Assembly: GCA_963842945.1 (NCBI GenBank) | Contig: CAWJIM010000015.1 | Coordinates: 1 to 27,993 of the forward strand | Direction of reading: 5' to 3' | DNA length: 27,993 bases | Origin: an uncultured Gemmatimonadales bacterium | Lineage (GTDB): Bacteria; Gemmatimonadota; Gemmatimonadetes; Gemmatimonadales; GWC2-71-9 | Part shown: positions 25,384-27,993 of the stretch, piece by piece | Position numbering within the stretch: position 1 is the stretch's first letter | Layout: every line of letters starts with the position of its first letter | Notes under the pieces: model-generated | What the model was told of the DNA's origin: nothing | Databases searched by the model: none | What the model saw: the letters and a program-made list of their open reading frames with translations, nothing else | Translations under genes and position numbers: made by a program

Positions 25384-25689
25384 TCAGGAGCGAACGGCTG
25401 CCAGCTGCACAATGCCACTGGCCAATGCGCGATCCCGTACGCCTACCGCCATGACCGGCGGCTTCCCCAATTGCGCGCCGATCGCTGCGGCACGCGGTCC
25501 CGGCATCAGCTGCACCCCCTTGGCACGCGCCAGCCGGACCACTTTGTCGACCGCGCGTGGACTGGCGTCTTCCGCCACGACCACGCACCAGCACTTTCCT
25601 GCCTGCAATTCCCGACGAACCGCGTCCACCCCGACCACGACCCGTCCTCCGCGATAGCCCAGCCCGAGGAGGCCCAACAGCCCGCTCAT
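25384..25689 (-). CDS. L7Ae/L30e family RNA-binding protein (YlxQ-like)
   Basis: LLGLLGLGYRGGRVVVG, VVVAEDAS and IGAQLGK motifs. Located between nusA and infB. Confidence 0.9.
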   Translation of the reverse strand: MSGLLGLLGLGYRGGRVVVGVDAVRRELQAGKCWCVVVAEDASPRAVDKVVRLARAKGVQLMPGPRAAAIGAQLGKPPVMAVGVRDRALASGIVQLAAVRS

Positions 25690-27006
25690 GCCTTGGGCCG
25701 GGTTTCCTCTCCGCTGTCCTCATCCGTGAGCTCGGACACGAACGCCATGAGCTGGTCCGACGTTTCCCCCGTCATACCCGGAATCTTCGCGATGTCTTCC
25801 CGCTCCAGGTCGAGGATGTCGTTGAGGGTCTTGTAACCGGCGCTCTCCAGGATTCCGGTCAGCTCGGGAGAGAGACCCTTGAGCTCGCTGAGCGGCACCT
25901 TGCCCGCCATTTCCTCCTCCGGAGGCAAGGGAGCGAACAGCGGACCTTCGCCTCCCCGCTCGAGCCACTCGCGACTGGAGTACAGATCGATCTTCCAGCC
26001 GGTGAGCTCCGAAGCCAGCCGAACGTTCTGGCCGTTTCGTCCGATTGCCAGCGAAAGCTGGTCTTCGTCCACCACCGCCTGAATCGTCTTGGCCTCGGGA
26101 TCGGAGAACACTTTGGCGACGCGGGCGGGGGCCAGCGCCAGGCGGGCGAACCGCTCCGGTCAGGAGACCAGGGAACGATATCGATCCGCTCGCCGCCGAG
26201 CTCATTGACGACGGCCTGAACCCGGGAGCCCTTCAAGCCGACACAAGCGCCCACCGGATCGATGGCGTCGTCGCGGGAAATTACCGCCACCTTGGTGCGG
26301 CTTCCGACCTCTCGGGCGATAGCGCGAATCTCGACGACCTGCTGCTGGATCTCGGGCACTTCAAGCTTGAAGAGAGCCTTCACGAACAGAGGGTCGCCCC
26401 GGGAGAGGATGAGGCGCGGACCCTTGGGCGTCTCTTCCAGACGCTTGAGCACGGCGCGGATGGTGTCGCCCTGATGGAAGTGCTCCCGGTGATTCTGCTC
26501 CCGGTAGGGCACGATGGCTTCGGCCTCCCGGAATTTGTTCAGCATGATGACCAGCTTGCCGCGCTCGATCTGCTGGACTTCTCCCGACAGAAGCTCGCCC
26601 ACCTTCGAGGTGAACTCCTCCCGGATCCGGGCCCGCTCGCCTTCGCGCACCCGCTGGATGATCCGCTGTTTGGCCGCCTGAACCGCCAGCCGGCCAAAGT
26701 CGACAAACGGAACCTCTTCCTCGAGCATGTCGCCCACCTGGAAGTCGGGATCTTCGTACTGCGCCTCTTCCAGGGTGATCTGCGCGCTGGGATCTTCCAC
26801 CGTCTCCACCACCTGGCGGAGACGCACCACCTTGATGGTACCCTGCAGCTCATCGACGCTGAGCTCGAAGCGGACGTTGGGGCCGAATTTGCGACTAAGG
26901 CGGCGTGAATGCCGTCGCGCAGCAGCTCCAGCAGATCGGAACGCTCGAGTTGTTTTGTCGTGGTCAGCTCGCGAAACGCGGCCAACATTTCAGTCGAACC
27001 TGCCAT
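25686..27006 (-). CDS. nusA: Transcription termination/antitermination factor NusA (two frameshifts as sequenced)
   Basis: [14 protein letters not shown] start, [51 protein letters not shown] and [24 protein letters not shown] motifs. Frame changes near 26895 and 26160. Confidence 0.96.
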
Positions 27007-27065
27007 CCATTCACTCCATAGTGGGCGCATCCGGCGCCCTGCAGTGTGTGGGACGCGTGTGCGTC

Positions 27066-27553
27066 CTATCGCCCTCGCCTCTCGAAGGCCTCCACATCGG
27101 GTATCAAGGTGGCCTCCCGAATCTCCTCAACGGGAGCGAGACTCGGATCCATCCTCTCGCCGCACGATCACCCGCTCGTCGTCCGGTACCGCCAGGATTT
27201 CCACCCGTTCCCGGCCAGTCAGCGAGCCGGCCCGTTCCCGGGCCTGACGGCCGATAGATGGCGCAGTGCTCCGGCCAGCGGAGAGGCCGTTCCCACCCGG
27301 GACGATACTTCCGGCACGTATCCGGCCCGACCATAGCCCTGGATTCGAGGAAGCGTTCGAGTGACCGGCTGATTCCGGCGCAGTCGTCGCCGTAATTCCC
27401 TGGCCAGGTCGACTGTCGTGGCAGTCCACCCGATTGCCCTGCAAGAATGGGCGGTTCCGGGTTCCAGTCCGGCCTCGATCGACGAGCTGGACACCCCAGG
27501 ACCCGGCAATGTCGTCGGCGTACTCGGAACCCAACGGCGCGTCAGGCAGACAT
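27066..27553 (-). CDS. rimP: Ribosome maturation factor RimP (heavily indel-damaged as sequenced)
   Basis: Fragments in alternating frames: QLVD..TGTRNRP, DSRPGQGITA, DDCA.ISRSLERFLE, EVSS, ERPLRWPEH, IGRQAR, EEIREATL. Directly upstream of nusA. Boundaries approximate. Confidence 0.8.
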
Positions 27554-27993
27554 CGAGCAGGAAAAGGAATCAAGGAAGCTACCCACATCGACAGTCCAGC
27601 CTGGACGAGCGCCTCCCGGGACAGCGGTTGAATATTTCTCGCGGTGCTCAGATTGAAGAGCAGCAGAGGGATCGAGGCCAAGGTAGGCCACCGTTCCCCG
27701 GTCCTGGCCCCGGGAGGCCCCGGATGGCTGTGGAAGGCGCTTTCGGTCATGGGCCCCAGCGCCCACCCAGGATCGGCTTTTCTCGGTTCAACCGCCGCAG
27801 CAGAGCCTCAGGCAGTTCAAGACCTCGCGAAGGTAGAAGTACTGGGGGCCGATTGCCTTTCCGCCGCCATGCCACACCCGGCCATGACTCAGACCCAGAC
27901 CTCATAACAGTCCCAAAAAATCCCCCACACCCACGTGGATTACAACCTAGCCTTCCGTTAGCCCCTGAGGCCGCAGCAGGCCTGCACTCCGTG

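Noticed and set aside
7069..26908. Long plus-strand ORFs (e.g. 7555-8871, 24017-25657, 26045-26908)
   Set aside because: Antisense shadows of well-supported minus-strand genes in GC-rich DNA, with no recognisable motifs.
17477..27553. Programmed ribosomal frameshifting in secD, secF, nusA and rimP
   Set aside because: There are too many shifts per gene and no common slippery motif. Indel errors explain them better.
1..27993. Selenoprotein (UGA read-through) genes accompanying tRNA-Sec
   Set aside because: The TGA stops examined fall at the expected C-termini of their families. The broken genes are frameshifted, not TGA-interrupted.

Overview
GC-rich bacterial chromosomal segment. Gene content and order suggest a diderm, probably Gemmatimonadota (inference). 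Almost all genes are on the minus strand. In transcription order: rimP-nusA-L7Ae(ylxQ-like)-infB-DUF503-rbfA-truB-ribF-secD-secF-tatD-fhs-ridA-tRNA-Sec-(DUF5683-like membrane protein)-murI. Next is a single plus-strand LpxH-like phosphoesterase. A second minus-strand run follows: thioesterase, HEAT-repeat cyclophilin, peptidase/PD40/Omp85 protein, LolB-like lipoprotein, lptE, cation:H+ antiporter, rfaE2, rph, rdgB, tRNA-Pro. The left end holds an AT-rich patch with hairpins, an unannotated 43-aa membrane peptide and a membrane-anchored Ser/Thr pseudokinase. rimP, nusA, secD, secF and the kinase are broken by indels, most likely sequencing or assembly errors. Most notable observations: (1) the tRNA-Sec gene appears to contain the start codon and N-terminus of the protein gene that is translationally coupled to murI; (2) DUF503 and truB appear to start at CTG codons; (3) a GCGGGGCA-octamer inverted-repeat element occurs once between genes and once inside the truB/ribF coding sequences.
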